Source: Gemmatimonadales bacterium
Lineage (GTDB): Bacteria > Gemmatimonadota > Gemmatimonadetes > Gemmatimonadales > GWC2-71-9
Direction of reading: 5' to 3'
Length of the DNA: 43,370 bases
Assembly: GCA_035538175.1 (NCBI GenBank)
Contig: DATLKW010000027.1
Location: 1-43,370, forward strand
Below the pieces are notes generated by a model. The model searched no databases and was not told the DNA's origin. It saw nothing but the letters and a program-made list of their open reading frames with translations. Positions 30,986 through 39,393 of the stretch are shown in pieces. Each line of letters opens with the position of its first letter. Positions within the stretch are counted from its first letter, which is position 1. The position numbers and the translations under genes are program-made.

Positions 30986-31954
30986 TCAAATCTCCCAATT
31001 GGAGAGCAGGACGCCGTGCTTCGGGTGCGCCTCCGGGTAGCCGTCGTAGCTCATCCGGAGATCGGTCCAGCGGACGCGATAGCCGCGACCCACGAGCCGG
31101 CGGAACGCCTCGTCGAACCGCGTCTGGCAGCGGATCGCGACGCGGCGAATCCCCGCGCGTGCGGCCGCCGCCTCCGTCGCGGCGACGCAGGCGTCGAAGG
31201 CGGGCTCGTCGCGCGCCGCGAGCTTCAAGACCCGCACTTCGTCCTTGGCTCGACCCTCGGCGAGGGGCGTCGAGTGCCACAGCACGAATCCCGCGAGCCC
31301 GTGGTCGCCGTCCACCAGCACCGTATCGCCCAGACCCAAGTCCGCGGTGAGGAGGAGCTCGCGCGTGAAGTCGTACCCCGGCGCGAGCGCGGCAACGAGG
31401 CGGCGGGCGGCGGCGAGCGTTTCGCCGCCCGCCTTGCCCTTGCACTGCGACAGGAGGACGGGGGCCGGGTGGCCGCGGGTCGCGATGTCGTTCGTGAGGG
31501 TGACGGTGAGATGGCCTGGCGAGAACCCGAGCCGGGCGTAGAAGCCGATGTTCTCGACGGTGCGCGGCATCGTCTCGAGGCCGAGCGTCGCAACTCCCTG
31601 TTCGACGAGCCAGTCGATCGCGGCGCGCACGACCGTCTTGCCGAGGCCGCCGCCCTGTCGATCGGGTCGCACGGCCAGGGGCCCCATCCACCCTTCCGTG
31701 CCGGAGCGGTGGGCGATGTTGAAGGCCACGACGTGCCCCGACTCGTCGCGCCAGAGCATGGCGCCGGCGCCAGCGTCGAGCAGGGCGTATCGCCACACCT
31801 GGGGATTCAGGTGCGGGACCCGCACGCCGACCAAGCCGTCGCGCCGGTAGCGATCGGTGAACGCGTCCGCGAACACGCGATTCAGCGCGTCGGTGTCGCG
31901 CTCCTCGGCGGTCTCCGGGCCGGAGACCTGGCGCTCAGGCAGCCACGCCCGCAT
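30986..31954 (-). CDS. GNAT-family N-acetyltransferase, two-domain
   Basis: The acetyl-CoA motif is LAVRPDRQGGGLGKTVV. I chose ATG 31954 (MRAWLPE), which overlaps the sbcC 3' end by 20 nt. Confidence 0.75.
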   Translation of the reverse strand: MRAWLPERQVSGPETAEERDTDALNRVFADAFTDRYRRDGLVGVRVPHLNPQVWRYALLDAGAGAMLWRDESGHVVAFNIAHRSGTEGWMGPLAVRPDRQGGGLGKTVVRAAIDWLVEQGVATLGLETMPRTVENIGFYARLGFSPGHLTVTLTNDIATRGHPAPVLLSQCKGKAGGETLAAARRLVAALAPGYDFTRELLLTADLGLGDTVLVDGDHGLAGFVLWHSTPLAEGRAKDEVRVLKLAARDEPAFDACVAATEAAAARAGIRRVAIRCQTRFDEAFRRLVGRGYRVRWTDLRMSYDGYPEAHPKHGVLLSNWEI

Positions 31955-34364
31955 CGGCCGCTCCCAGAGTGGCAGTGTCGTCCCGCACAACGCTCGTGCC
32001 GCGCGCGGGGTCGAAGTCCACGCGAATCACTCGATCGAGGCCTTCCCGCACCTGTTCGATGTGCGTGATCAAGATGACCTGCGGGAAGCGATCCGCCAAG
32101 CGCCGCAGCAGGCCGACGACGTGCAGGCGGCGCGCCTCATCGAGGGAGCCAAAGATCTCATCGAGCACGAGGAGGGACAGCGGCTGGCCAGCGCGCTCGG
32201 CGATCATCTGGGAGATCGCGAGGCGGAGCACGAGATTCGCGATGTCCTCCTCACCGCCCGAGATCACGGGCTTGGGGACGCCCTCCTCCAGGATGGTGAT
32301 GGCGTAGTCCTCGGTCAGCTCGAGCTCCGCGTAGCGGCCGTCGGTCAGATCGGCGAGGAACGCGGAGGCGAGCTCCGCCAGCTCCGGCCGCATCTGCGCG
32401 TTGAGATCCGCGCGCAGGTCGGAGAAGGCGCGGTCGAGCTCGTTGTGGAGGCGCTGACGCGCCTTCAAGGCGCCGATTTGGCGCTCGCGCTCGGCCCGCT
32501 CCTGGGCGCGGCGCTGGGCCTCCCGCATGTCGTCCTCGGCGCGGGTGAGAGCTCCCCGGGCTTCGACCACGGCGAGCTCCGCCTCGCGCAACGCGCCCAC
32601 GGTGCGGTCGTAGCGGTCCTTCGCCTGGCGGTAGCCGGCGTCGGAGAACCCTTCCGCGCGGACGGCGTCGCTGAGCTCACGCACGCGACGTTCGCCCGTC
32701 GACAACCGGTGCTCGGCCTCCTCCGCCTCGCGCACGAGGTTTTCGGCGCGCCGCGCCCGCTCTTCGAGCGCCGCCGCTTCCAGCGCGATCGGCTCGAGTT
32801 TGGCCAGCTCCGCTCGCACGGCGTCGTGGCGGGTGGCGTCGTAGCCCAGGGGGCGCTTCGCGAGCTGGCGCTCGAGCAGGCCGGCGCGGTCGCGCGCGGC
32901 CGCCAGTTGCGCGCGGGCTCGGGCGCCCTCCTCCGCCTGCGCCCGCAGCTCGCCCGCGCGGGCGCTCGCGCGGCGACTCTCCTCGAGCAGCGCCGCGCGC
33001 GCGGCTTCGGCTTCCTCGAGTTTCGCCGGCGACCGCGCGAGTTGCTCGAGCCGCTGGCGGAAGTACTTCCCGTCGCCCGTGATCACCTCGAGCTGTGCGT
33101 CGAGCAACGCGAGCACGGCCTCGTACTCGGGCCCGAGCGGCCGCTTGCACGTGGGGCACGTTCCCTGCGGACCGAGCTGCACGATCTGGTCGCGCTGTTC
33201 CTTCACTTCTTCGTAGAGCTTCAAGAGCTCCGTGCGCTTGGTGTCGGCGTATTGGCGATCCCGCACCCAGGCGGTCCGCTCCTCTTCGACGCCGCGCTCC
33301 GCCGCCTGGAGCCGGTCGGCGAGCTCTCGCGCGGCCGCGTCGGCGCGGTCGAGCGAGGCCGCGACGTCCTCGAGTTCCGCGAGGCGGCGCTCGAGGGCCT
33401 GGGCCGCGCGGCCGAGCTCGGCGAGCTGCGCCTCGTCGGCGTGGCGCGCCGCAGCCGCCCGCTGCAGCTCTTCGAGCGTGGCGATCTCGCGCTTGAGCCG
33501 GGTCACCGGCGCGAGTTCGGCGCCGAGGCGGCGCAGCTGCTCGCGGGCGGCGAGCGCATCGGCGAGTTCCCGGTCGAGCCGCTGGAACTCTTGGCGGGCG
33601 GCGATGACACCCTGCTCGGCCATGCGCCGCTCCCCGTCCAGCGAAAGCGTCCGCTCCCGCCGGGCCATCCACTCATTCCACCGCGGTTCTTCGCGCGCGA
33701 GGGTCTGTTCGGCGGCGCGGCGGGCGACGTCGGCCCCTGCCGCCGCCGCCTGGGCTCCCGCGAGCCCCGCTTCCGCGGCCGCGCGTTCCGCCGCGAGCAC
33801 CACCCCGTCGGGCAGTCCCGCCTCGAGTCCCCGGACCTCCGCCGCAACGGCATTTCGCACCTCGCGCACGCGCTCCTGGGCGTCGCGCAGGCGCTCGTAG
33901 CCGAGCACGCGCGACAGGAACGCGGCGCGCTCGGTCTTGCCGAGCCCGGCCATGACCGCCAGCTCCTTTTGGCCGGTGAAGTAGGTGTTGAAGAACTCCT
34001 CGTGGGTCATACCGAGGGTGCGCTCGAGCTTCTCGGTGACGGCCTTGAGCGAATTCGCCACCACGTGCCCATCCTGCAGGAGCGTGGCCGTCGCGAGGCT
34101 GCGCGTCACCCGGTACTCATGGGCCCCCTGGCGAAACTCGAGTTCCACCTCGACGGCGGCGCGCCCCTTCGCGCCCAGGCGCCGGATCGAGTCCTTGTCG
34201 CCGCGGACCGCCTGGGCACCGTAGATCGCCCAGCCGATCGCTTCGAGCAGCGTGGTCTTGCCCGACCCGTTCGGGCCAAAGATGCCGGTGAGCCCGGGGC
34301 CGAACTCGAGTTCGGTGGCCGCGTGCTGGCGGAAGTTCTCGAGGCGGAGGCGGTGCAGCTGCAT
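31935..34364 (-). CDS. sbcC: SbcC/Rad50-family ATPase
   Basis: It has Walker A GPNGSGKTT, long Ala/Arg/Glu coiled coils, a central zinc hook CPTC, signature SGGEEDIANLVLRLA, Walker B LLVLDE and H-loop ITH. Confidence 0.92.
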   Translation of the reverse strand: MQLHRLRLENFRQHAATELEFGPGLTGIFGPNGSGKTTLLEAIGWAIYGAQAVRGDKDSIRRLGAKGRAAVEVELEFRQGAHEYRVTRSLATATLLQDGHVVANSLKAVTEKLERTLGMTHEEFFNTYFTGQKELAVMAGLGKTERAAFLSRVLGYERLRDAQERVREVRNAVAAEVRGLEAGLPDGVVLAAERAAAEAGLAGAQAAAAGADVARRAAEQTLAREEPRWNEWMARRERTLSLDGERRMAEQGVIAARQEFQRLDRELADALAAREQLRRLGAELAPVTRLKREIATLEELQRAAAARHADEAQLAELGRAAQALERRLAELEDVAASLDRADAAARELADRLQAAERGVEEERTAWVRDRQYADTKRTELLKLYEEVKEQRDQIVQLGPQGTCPTCKRPLGPEYEAVLALLDAQLEVITGDGKYFRQRLEQLARSPAKLEEAEAARAALLEESRRASARAGELRAQAEEGARARAQLAAARDRAGLLERQLAKRPLGYDATRHDAVRAELAKLEPIALEAAALEERARRAENLVREAEEAEHRLSTGERRVRELSDAVRAEGFSDAGYRQAKDRYDRTVGALREAELAVVEARGALTRAEDDMREAQRRAQERAERERQIGALKARQRLHNELDRAFSDLRADLNAQMRPELAELASAFLADLTDGRYAELELTEDYAITILEEGVPKPVISGGEEDIANLVLRLAISQMIAERAGQPLSLLVLDEIFGSLDEARRLHVVGLLRRLADRFPQVILITHIEQVREGLDRVIRVDFDPARGTSVVRDDTATLGAADAGVAA

Positions 34365-35536
34365 CAGGCCTCGCCCTCCCGATCGGCGTGGGCCACGTAG
34401 TCGACGCCCAGGCGCACGAACTCCGCGCGGTCCAAGTCCGCGTCGAGCGGTCGGTGCTCGAGGAACGCGCGCACGGTGTCGGACAGGGGCTGGCGCCGAT
34501 TGGCCGCGGGCCCGGCGGCGATGCGCTGCGGGTCGGGGCGATGCAGGTCGAGCTGGAAGTGCAGCGCGCGGACCTTGTAGCCGCGGAGGGCGGCGTGGTT
34601 CAAGTCCCGCGCCGTCGCGCGAGAGACGTCGAACACGCGCTGGCGGACGATCTGATCGTCGATCGCTGGCTTAGCCGCGGCGACGCCCGCGGCGATGCGC
34701 TCGTCGAGCTCCTTGGGCGTGAGGCCCTGCCCGTTGATCGGCGGGAGCTCGATGTGGCGCCGCACCGAGGGGACGCGCCGGAAGTCGACCTTCGCGCCCG
34801 GCAGGTGGACGAGGAGGTACCCCTTCCCGGGAACTGCGTACTCCTCTTCGTCTTCCACCTGCCCCCAGGGATTGGGGGCGACGTACTCCAGGCTCCCCGC
34901 GTACCAAGCGTTAGCCTCCACCTGGTGCGCCAGGTGGTAGTGGCCGAGCGCGACATAGTCCCACTGGGCGGGTGCCAGCTCCTGCACCTCAAGGGGCGCG
35001 CCGCCGTACTCGATCGTCCCCCGGCGTTCGCCGACGCCCGGCAGCGTCCCGTGCAAGGCGAGCACGTTGAAGGTGTGACCCCGCTGCGGGCGCAGCGCCG
35101 GGCGCTCGGGCTGGGCGAGCGCCGAATGCGGCACGGCGAGGACCGCGCAGTCGAGCTTCGCAAACGTGAGCCGTCGGGCCTGCTCCACCACCACCTCCAC
35201 GCCGAGCGCCTCGTAGAGGGGGAGGATGCTGCGCGTCTCCACCGAGCGGGGCGTATCGTGTTCGCCCCCGATCAGGACCACTGCCGCGTCGGGGAGGCCG
35301 GTCCGCAGGCGGTGCAGCTGTTGGAACAGGAAGAGGATGGCGGGGTTCGTCGGCCGCACGGAGTGAAACACGTCGCCCACGAAGAGGACGAGATCGGGCC
35401 GTTGCTCGAGGAGGTCGTCCACGGCGCGCCGGAACGCTTCGGCCACGTCCGCCTCGCGCTGATTCCCGCCCCGCGGCGTCTGGCGGTCGTATTGCCGGAA
35501 CCCGAGGTGGAGATCGGCGAGGTGCGCGAGTTTCAC
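34364..35536 (-). CDS. sbcD: SbcD/Mre11-family nuclease (calcineurin-like phosphoesterase)
   Basis: It has DLHLG, GDVFH, GGEHD (motif III, with Glu where Asn is usual), ALHGTL and GHYH. GTG 35536 lies 7 nt after the herA-like stop. Its stop shares 1 nt with the sbcC ATG (TGATG). Confidence 0.88.
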   Translation of the reverse strand: MKLAHLADLHLGFRQYDRQTPRGGNQREADVAEAFRRAVDDLLEQRPDLVLFVGDVFHSVRPTNPAILFLFQQLHRLRTGLPDAAVVLIGGEHDTPRSVETRSILPLYEALGVEVVVEQARRLTFAKLDCAVLAVPHSALAQPERPALRPQRGHTFNVLALHGTLPGVGERRGTIEYGGAPLEVQELAPAQWDYVALGHYHLAHQVEANAWYAGSLEYVAPNPWGQVEDEEEYAVPGKGYLLVHLPGAKVDFRRVPSVRRHIELPPINGQGLTPKELDERIAAGVAAAKPAIDDQIVRQRVFDVSRATARDLNHAALRGYKVRALHFQLDLHRPDPQRIAAGPAANRRQPLSDTVRAFLEHRPLDADLDRAEFVRLGVDYVAHADREGEA

Positions 35537-35543
35537 CGGGGCG

Positions 35544-37487
35544 TCAGTACGGCTCGTCGGAGATGGGGTTGAGGGGGGGCACGCTCTCGCGCAGCACGGC
35601 GGGGGTGGCAGCGACGCGCGCCCCGAGCTGCTTCTTGAAGTGCGCGAGGGCGTCCTGGGGGCGCGCCTGCCGCGTCGCGGCCAGGGCGCGGCGCACGTCC
35701 GCTTCACGGCGATCGCTGATCAAGTCCTTGACCGCGTTGGGGCGCACGCGGCGGTCGAGCCGCACCAGTTGCCGCGCCACGGCGTCCTCGAACGGCAGGT
35801 CGGCGGCGGGCGGGAACCGCTCCACGCCGTCGCGCCCCCGCAGCACGGCAGGCCGCGGGAAGCGCACGAAGACAGGCTGGGTAAAGTGGGGGTGACGCAC
35901 CATGAGCTCGCCGATCGGCAGGGTCGCGAGCTTCGTCTTCGTGGCGGGGGACAGGACCTGGTAGCTGGGCGTCGCCAGCTCGTCCGCATCCATGCGACCG
36001 AAGAGCATCGTGCCCGCGTTCCCGACCACGCGGCGATGCACCTGCGAGCGGAATTGTTCCGCCCCGAACAGCACGAGCCCGAGGTAGCGCCCGCGCTCGG
36101 AGATGTCGAGCAGCATCTTGCGCACGTAGGTCTCGGGTCCGTCGGCGAGCGCGTACTTGTTCAGCTCATCCACGAACACCACCACGGCGTCGACCCCCAG
36201 GTCGCGGCGTTCCAGGTGTTCCCGCAGCTGCGAGACCACGCGGGCGAACACCAGGTCTTGCCCGAGGGGATCGACGTTCGCCACGTCGATCACGTACACC
36301 GTTCGGTCTTCGAAGCGTCCCCACGGCAGGTCGTTCGACGGACCATCGTCGGTGACGAGCCCCTTGCACCGCGTCGAGATGTTGGCGAGCCGGTTGCGCA
36401 CCTTGCGGATGGTGGCGATGTGATGCGTGCGCCAGCTGTCACCCCGCCCGGCGAACTCGAGCCCGTCGAAGATCGCGCGGAACAGGCGCTCCAAGTCCGC
36501 AAAGGTGACGACGCGATGCACGCCCCCGAACCCGTCCTCGAACTCTTTCGCCATGACGCGGTCGGCGAGGAAGTCGATGAAGGCGTCGGCCTTCGCGTCG
36601 ATGTCGTCGCGATTGAGGAGCACTTCGGCGTAGTCGAGCACCTCCGCGAGGCCCCACACGAGCGGCTCGACGTCCTGCACCAGGTCGGGATGGGTGCGGA
36701 GGGTGTTGAGGTTCACTCCGTCGGCCTTGAACGGCGCGTAGTAGCGCACCCGGCCGAAGGGCTCCGCGGCGACGTTGAGCAGCGCGTAGCGGCGGTGGTC
36801 CTCGTCGGCGAGGGAGGCGGTCTGATCGAGGAAACAGAGGTCCGGTCCCTTCACGTTGAAGCACACCGCTGCCACCCGGCCCTTGTGGGCCGGGAAGTGT
36901 TGGAACACGGACGCCAACAGGAACTCGACGGCGCTCGTCTTCGTGGCGAGCCCCGAGACTCCCGAGATGTTGAGGTGCGCAGCTTCGGGGCCGAGCAGGA
37001 AGTCGGCGTCCAGGTACACGGGCGCCTCGAGGCCCCCGGAGGTGTACAAGCCCACCGGGATGGCCCGCGGCTGTGCGCCGCCGAGATATCCGTCCATACG
37101 GAGCGCCTGAGCGACGTCGGCGTCGGTGGCCACGTGCACCCGGCCGAGCGGCACGGGTTGGAGCGGCTCCTCGGGCCGCTGGCGCAGCACCGCCGCGGTC
37201 CAGAGCCGGATCTCTTGGCGCGCGGTGGGTTGGGCCGCGGCCTTCGCGGGGTCGCCCTCGGCGCCCACCACGTCGTGCAGCGGGGTCGCGAGATCGGAAT
37301 AGGCGAAGGCGTCGGTGACCACCCCCCAGACGACCCGACTCGCGTCCTCCACCCGTACGATGGCACCGATCCCGATGCTCGTGTCGATCGCGCTCCAGAA
37401 GTGGAATTGATGGGGCGTCGCAGGCTTCTGCTCGGTGGCGACGACGCGACCGATCGGTGCGGGTGGCGGATCGTGTCGCTCGATCAC
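35544..37487 (-). CDS. herA: HerA-like (HAS-barrel plus ASCE/FtsK-RecA-like) ATPase
   Basis: The N-terminal barrel-like segment is IGRVVATE....FHFW...IGAIVRVED...VWGVVTD. The P-loop-like sequence is GVSGLATKTS. Walker B is AVVVFVDELNKY, followed by LGLVLFGAEQ. GTG 37487 overlaps the nurA-like stop. Confidence 0.7.
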   Translation of the reverse strand: MIERHDPPPAPIGRVVATEQKPATPHQFHFWSAIDTSIGIGAIVRVEDASRVVWGVVTDAFAYSDLATPLHDVVGAEGDPAKAAAQPTARQEIRLWTAAVLRQRPEEPLQPVPLGRVHVATDADVAQALRMDGYLGGAQPRAIPVGLYTSGGLEAPVYLDADFLLGPEAAHLNISGVSGLATKTSAVEFLLASVFQHFPAHKGRVAAVCFNVKGPDLCFLDQTASLADEDHRRYALLNVAAEPFGRVRYYAPFKADGVNLNTLRTHPDLVQDVEPLVWGLAEVLDYAEVLLNRDDIDAKADAFIDFLADRVMAKEFEDGFGGVHRVVTFADLERLFRAIFDGLEFAGRGDSWRTHHIATIRKVRNRLANISTRCKGLVTDDGPSNDLPWGRFEDRTVYVIDVANVDPLGQDLVFARVVSQLREHLERRDLGVDAVVVFVDELNKYALADGPETYVRKMLLDISERGRYLGLVLFGAEQFRSQVHRRVVGNAGTMLFGRMDADELATPSYQVLSPATKTKLATLPIGELMVRHPHFTQPVFVRFPRPAVLRGRDGVERFPPAADLPFEDAVARQLVRLDRRVRPNAVKDLISDRREADVRRALAATRQARPQDALAHFKKQLGARVAATPAVLRESVPPLNPISDEPY

Positions 37488-38470
37488 GACCCCGTCCGAG
37501 GGAGGGGGGAGGCGGGAGCTGCGAGGAGGTCGCGAGGCGCGCGCGCCCTCAAGTAGGTCTCCACGTCATGTATGGGATAAAGTAACCGGTCCCACCGCCG
37601 GTCGGGGGTCGCAAGGGGGGCACGCTCCTCCACGAGCCAGGCCGACAGCGCGCTCGCGAGCGCAACGGTCTCGGGGTGGGCACGGGCTTCGAGGCGCAGC
37701 AACCCGTACAAGAGATCATTGCCCTCCCACGGCCAAAGCCGGAGGTACCACGAGTAGATCTCCCGGCGCGCGCCCCGGGGCGCGGGCCGAAACACGCTTG
37801 AGCGGTGACCGGCAGCGAGCGTGAGCGCTCGTTCGAGCTCCGTGCCTTGGAAGTACTGGGCGCCGTGGCTCTTCACCACGCCGAGGACCCGCGGGTGTTC
37901 GGACAGGGTGGTCGAATCGGACAGCACGCCGTCGACGACCAGCCAGGCGCCGCCGAGCGCCGTGGCCCGGGCTTCGCCGAGTCGGCGCTCGAGCGCGGCG
38001 CGCGCGGCCTGCACGGCGCTGAGCGCGGCGGGCAAGGCACGCGCGGGCTGGCCCAGATCCTCCGTCGCGAGCTCGACGACGCGGACCCCGCTCGCGTCGA
38101 GCGCCGCGCGCGCCGCGTCGGGGAGGCGGTCGCGACGCGTGATCGCGAACTCTTCGGCTCCCTCGGCGACCGTGTGCGGTCGCCGCCCCACCGGTCGCCG
38201 TCGGATCGCGGCCGCGACGTAGGCGCGCACGATCGGCGTGACGCCGGCGTACCCGACGACCCGCCATTGTTCGATGCCGTCAAGGAACTCAACGACGGGC
38301 GGGATGAGGCGGGCGGTGCCGGCGAGCGGGTGGGCCCGGAGCTCCGGGTCCTCGACGGGCTCGGCGCCCGTGAACTCTGCCGCATCGCTGCGACCGACGC
38401 TCGCGTCGGGAAGGTGGGAGGCCGGGACCACGCCCGCCGCGATGATCGCGTCGACCCAGGACCGCGGCAC
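37484..38470 (-). CDS. nurA: NurA-like nuclease
   Basis: NurA-type landmarks are present: EFLDGIE, WLVVDGVLSD, IYSWYLRL and LLYPIHDVETYLRARA. GTG 38470 lies 2 nt after the upstream stop. The ORF-track start at 38689 would overlap the methyltransferase gene. Confidence 0.6.
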   Translation of the reverse strand: MPRSWVDAIIAAGVVPASHLPDASVGRSDAAEFTGAEPVEDPELRAHPLAGTARLIPPVVEFLDGIEQWRVVGYAGVTPIVRAYVAAAIRRRPVGRRPHTVAEGAEEFAITRRDRLPDAARAALDASGVRVVELATEDLGQPARALPAALSAVQAARAALERRLGEARATALGGAWLVVDGVLSDSTTLSEHPRVLGVVKSHGAQYFQGTELERALTLAAGHRSSVFRPAPRGARREIYSWYLRLWPWEGNDLLYGLLRLEARAHPETVALASALSAWLVEERAPLATPDRRWDRLLYPIHDVETYLRARAPRDLLAAPASPLPRTGS

Positions 38471-38472
38471 GC

Positions 38473-39207
38473 TCAGCGGGTTCGGAGGGCCCAGCCGAGG
38501 TAACTGATGCTCAGATCGTCCGTGAGGACCCGGCGCGCCGGGGCGTCGTCCGCGCGCGCAATCCCTTTCATCTCCTGCACCACCATGTCGTTCTTGGCGA
38601 GCTTCTCGGTGAGCTCGGCGGGCGTGATGAAGCGCCGGAAATCGTGGAACCCCTCGGGCATCGTGTGGTGGACGTATTCCTCGTCCCACACGATCTCGAG
38701 GAAGGCGGCGATGGTACGGTTGTGCGTCAGGAAGCCGAACCCCCCGCCGGGCGCGAGGGTGGCCGCGACGCTCGCGAGCGCCCGGTCGAGACTGTTCACG
38801 TGCTCGAGGACGTCGACGGCAAACACCAGGTCATGGGTCCCGTCGAGCCTCGCGGCGGCGAGGTCTTCGGCGCTGCCCAACCGGTAGTCGATCGTCAGGC
38901 CGGTGCGCGTCGCATGCTCGCGTGCCGCCGCGAGGGAGCGCGCCGAGGGATCGATCCCCGTGACGGTTGCCCCTTCGGCGGCGAGCGCCTCGGCCAAAAT
39001 CCCGCCGCCGCAGCCCACGTCGAGCACCCGCTTGCCGCCGAATCCGTTAAAGGCACGCCGGAAATACTCCACGCGCACGACGTTCAGCTCGTGCAGGCCG
39101 GCGAACGGCCCGGCGTCGCTCCACCACACGTCTGGCACGCGTTCGGCCAGTCGTTCGTACTTCTCGGGTTCGGAGAGCCCGGTGAGCCGGGGCAGCGAAC
39201 CGGTCAT
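38473..39207 (-). CDS. ubiG: UbiG-like class I SAM-dependent O-methyltransferase
   Basis: The N-terminal EKYERLAE..WWSDAGPFAGLHELNVVRVEY and motif I VLDVGCGGGILAE match the UbiG pattern. Confidence 0.7.
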   Translation of the reverse strand: MTGSLPRLTGLSEPEKYERLAERVPDVWWSDAGPFAGLHELNVVRVEYFRRAFNGFGGKRVLDVGCGGGILAEALAAEGATVTGIDPSARSLAAAREHATRTGLTIDYRLGSAEDLAAARLDGTHDLVFAVDVLEHVNSLDRALASVAATLAPGGGFGFLTHNRTIAAFLEIVWDEEYVHHTMPEGFHDFRRFITPAELTEKLAKNDMVVQEMKGIARADDAPARRVLTDDLSISYLGWALRTR

Positions 39208-39393
39208 AGGCTAGGAATCTAGGGCGGTGGGGCCCGACGGTGCCGTGGCGGCGGCGTGGGCCGGGGTGGCAGCGGGGGGCACGAGGATCGGGGCGCCGAG
39301 AGGAGGGGAGCGCCCCGGGGGCGTGCTGCTACGCGGAGCCCGCGGGGTGGCTCGGCCGGGTCGTCCTGGGCGAGCGCCGCACCCTCCGGCGTC

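Noticed and set aside
32400-33900. Apparent nucleotide-level repetitiveness (GCG/CGC/GAG-rich periodic stretches), considered as a repeat array.
   Set aside because: It corresponds to the Ala/Arg/Glu/Leu-rich Rad50/SbcC coiled coil. I saw no discrete repeat units with spacers and no direct-repeat periodicity.
31857-37556. An 847-aa (+) ORF antisense to sbcC and a 638-aa (+) ORF antisense to the herA-like gene, considered as possible hidden genes of the system.
   Set aside because: They have the same compositional signature (runs of R, E, G, L, A mirroring the coiled-coil codons on the other strand). They lack motifs, and the sense-strand genes explain the coding potential.
38473-39207. The methyltransferase at the head of the NurA-HerA operon as a DNA methyltransferase, which would imply a restriction-modification-like or defence self-marking function.
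   Set aside because: Its N-terminal E.Y..LAE..WW...GPF..LHE.N..R signature and overall layout are those of UbiG-type small-molecule O-methyltransferases. No DPPY/NPPY or PCQ-type DNA methyltransferase motifs are visible. The linkage is still noted in the main finding.
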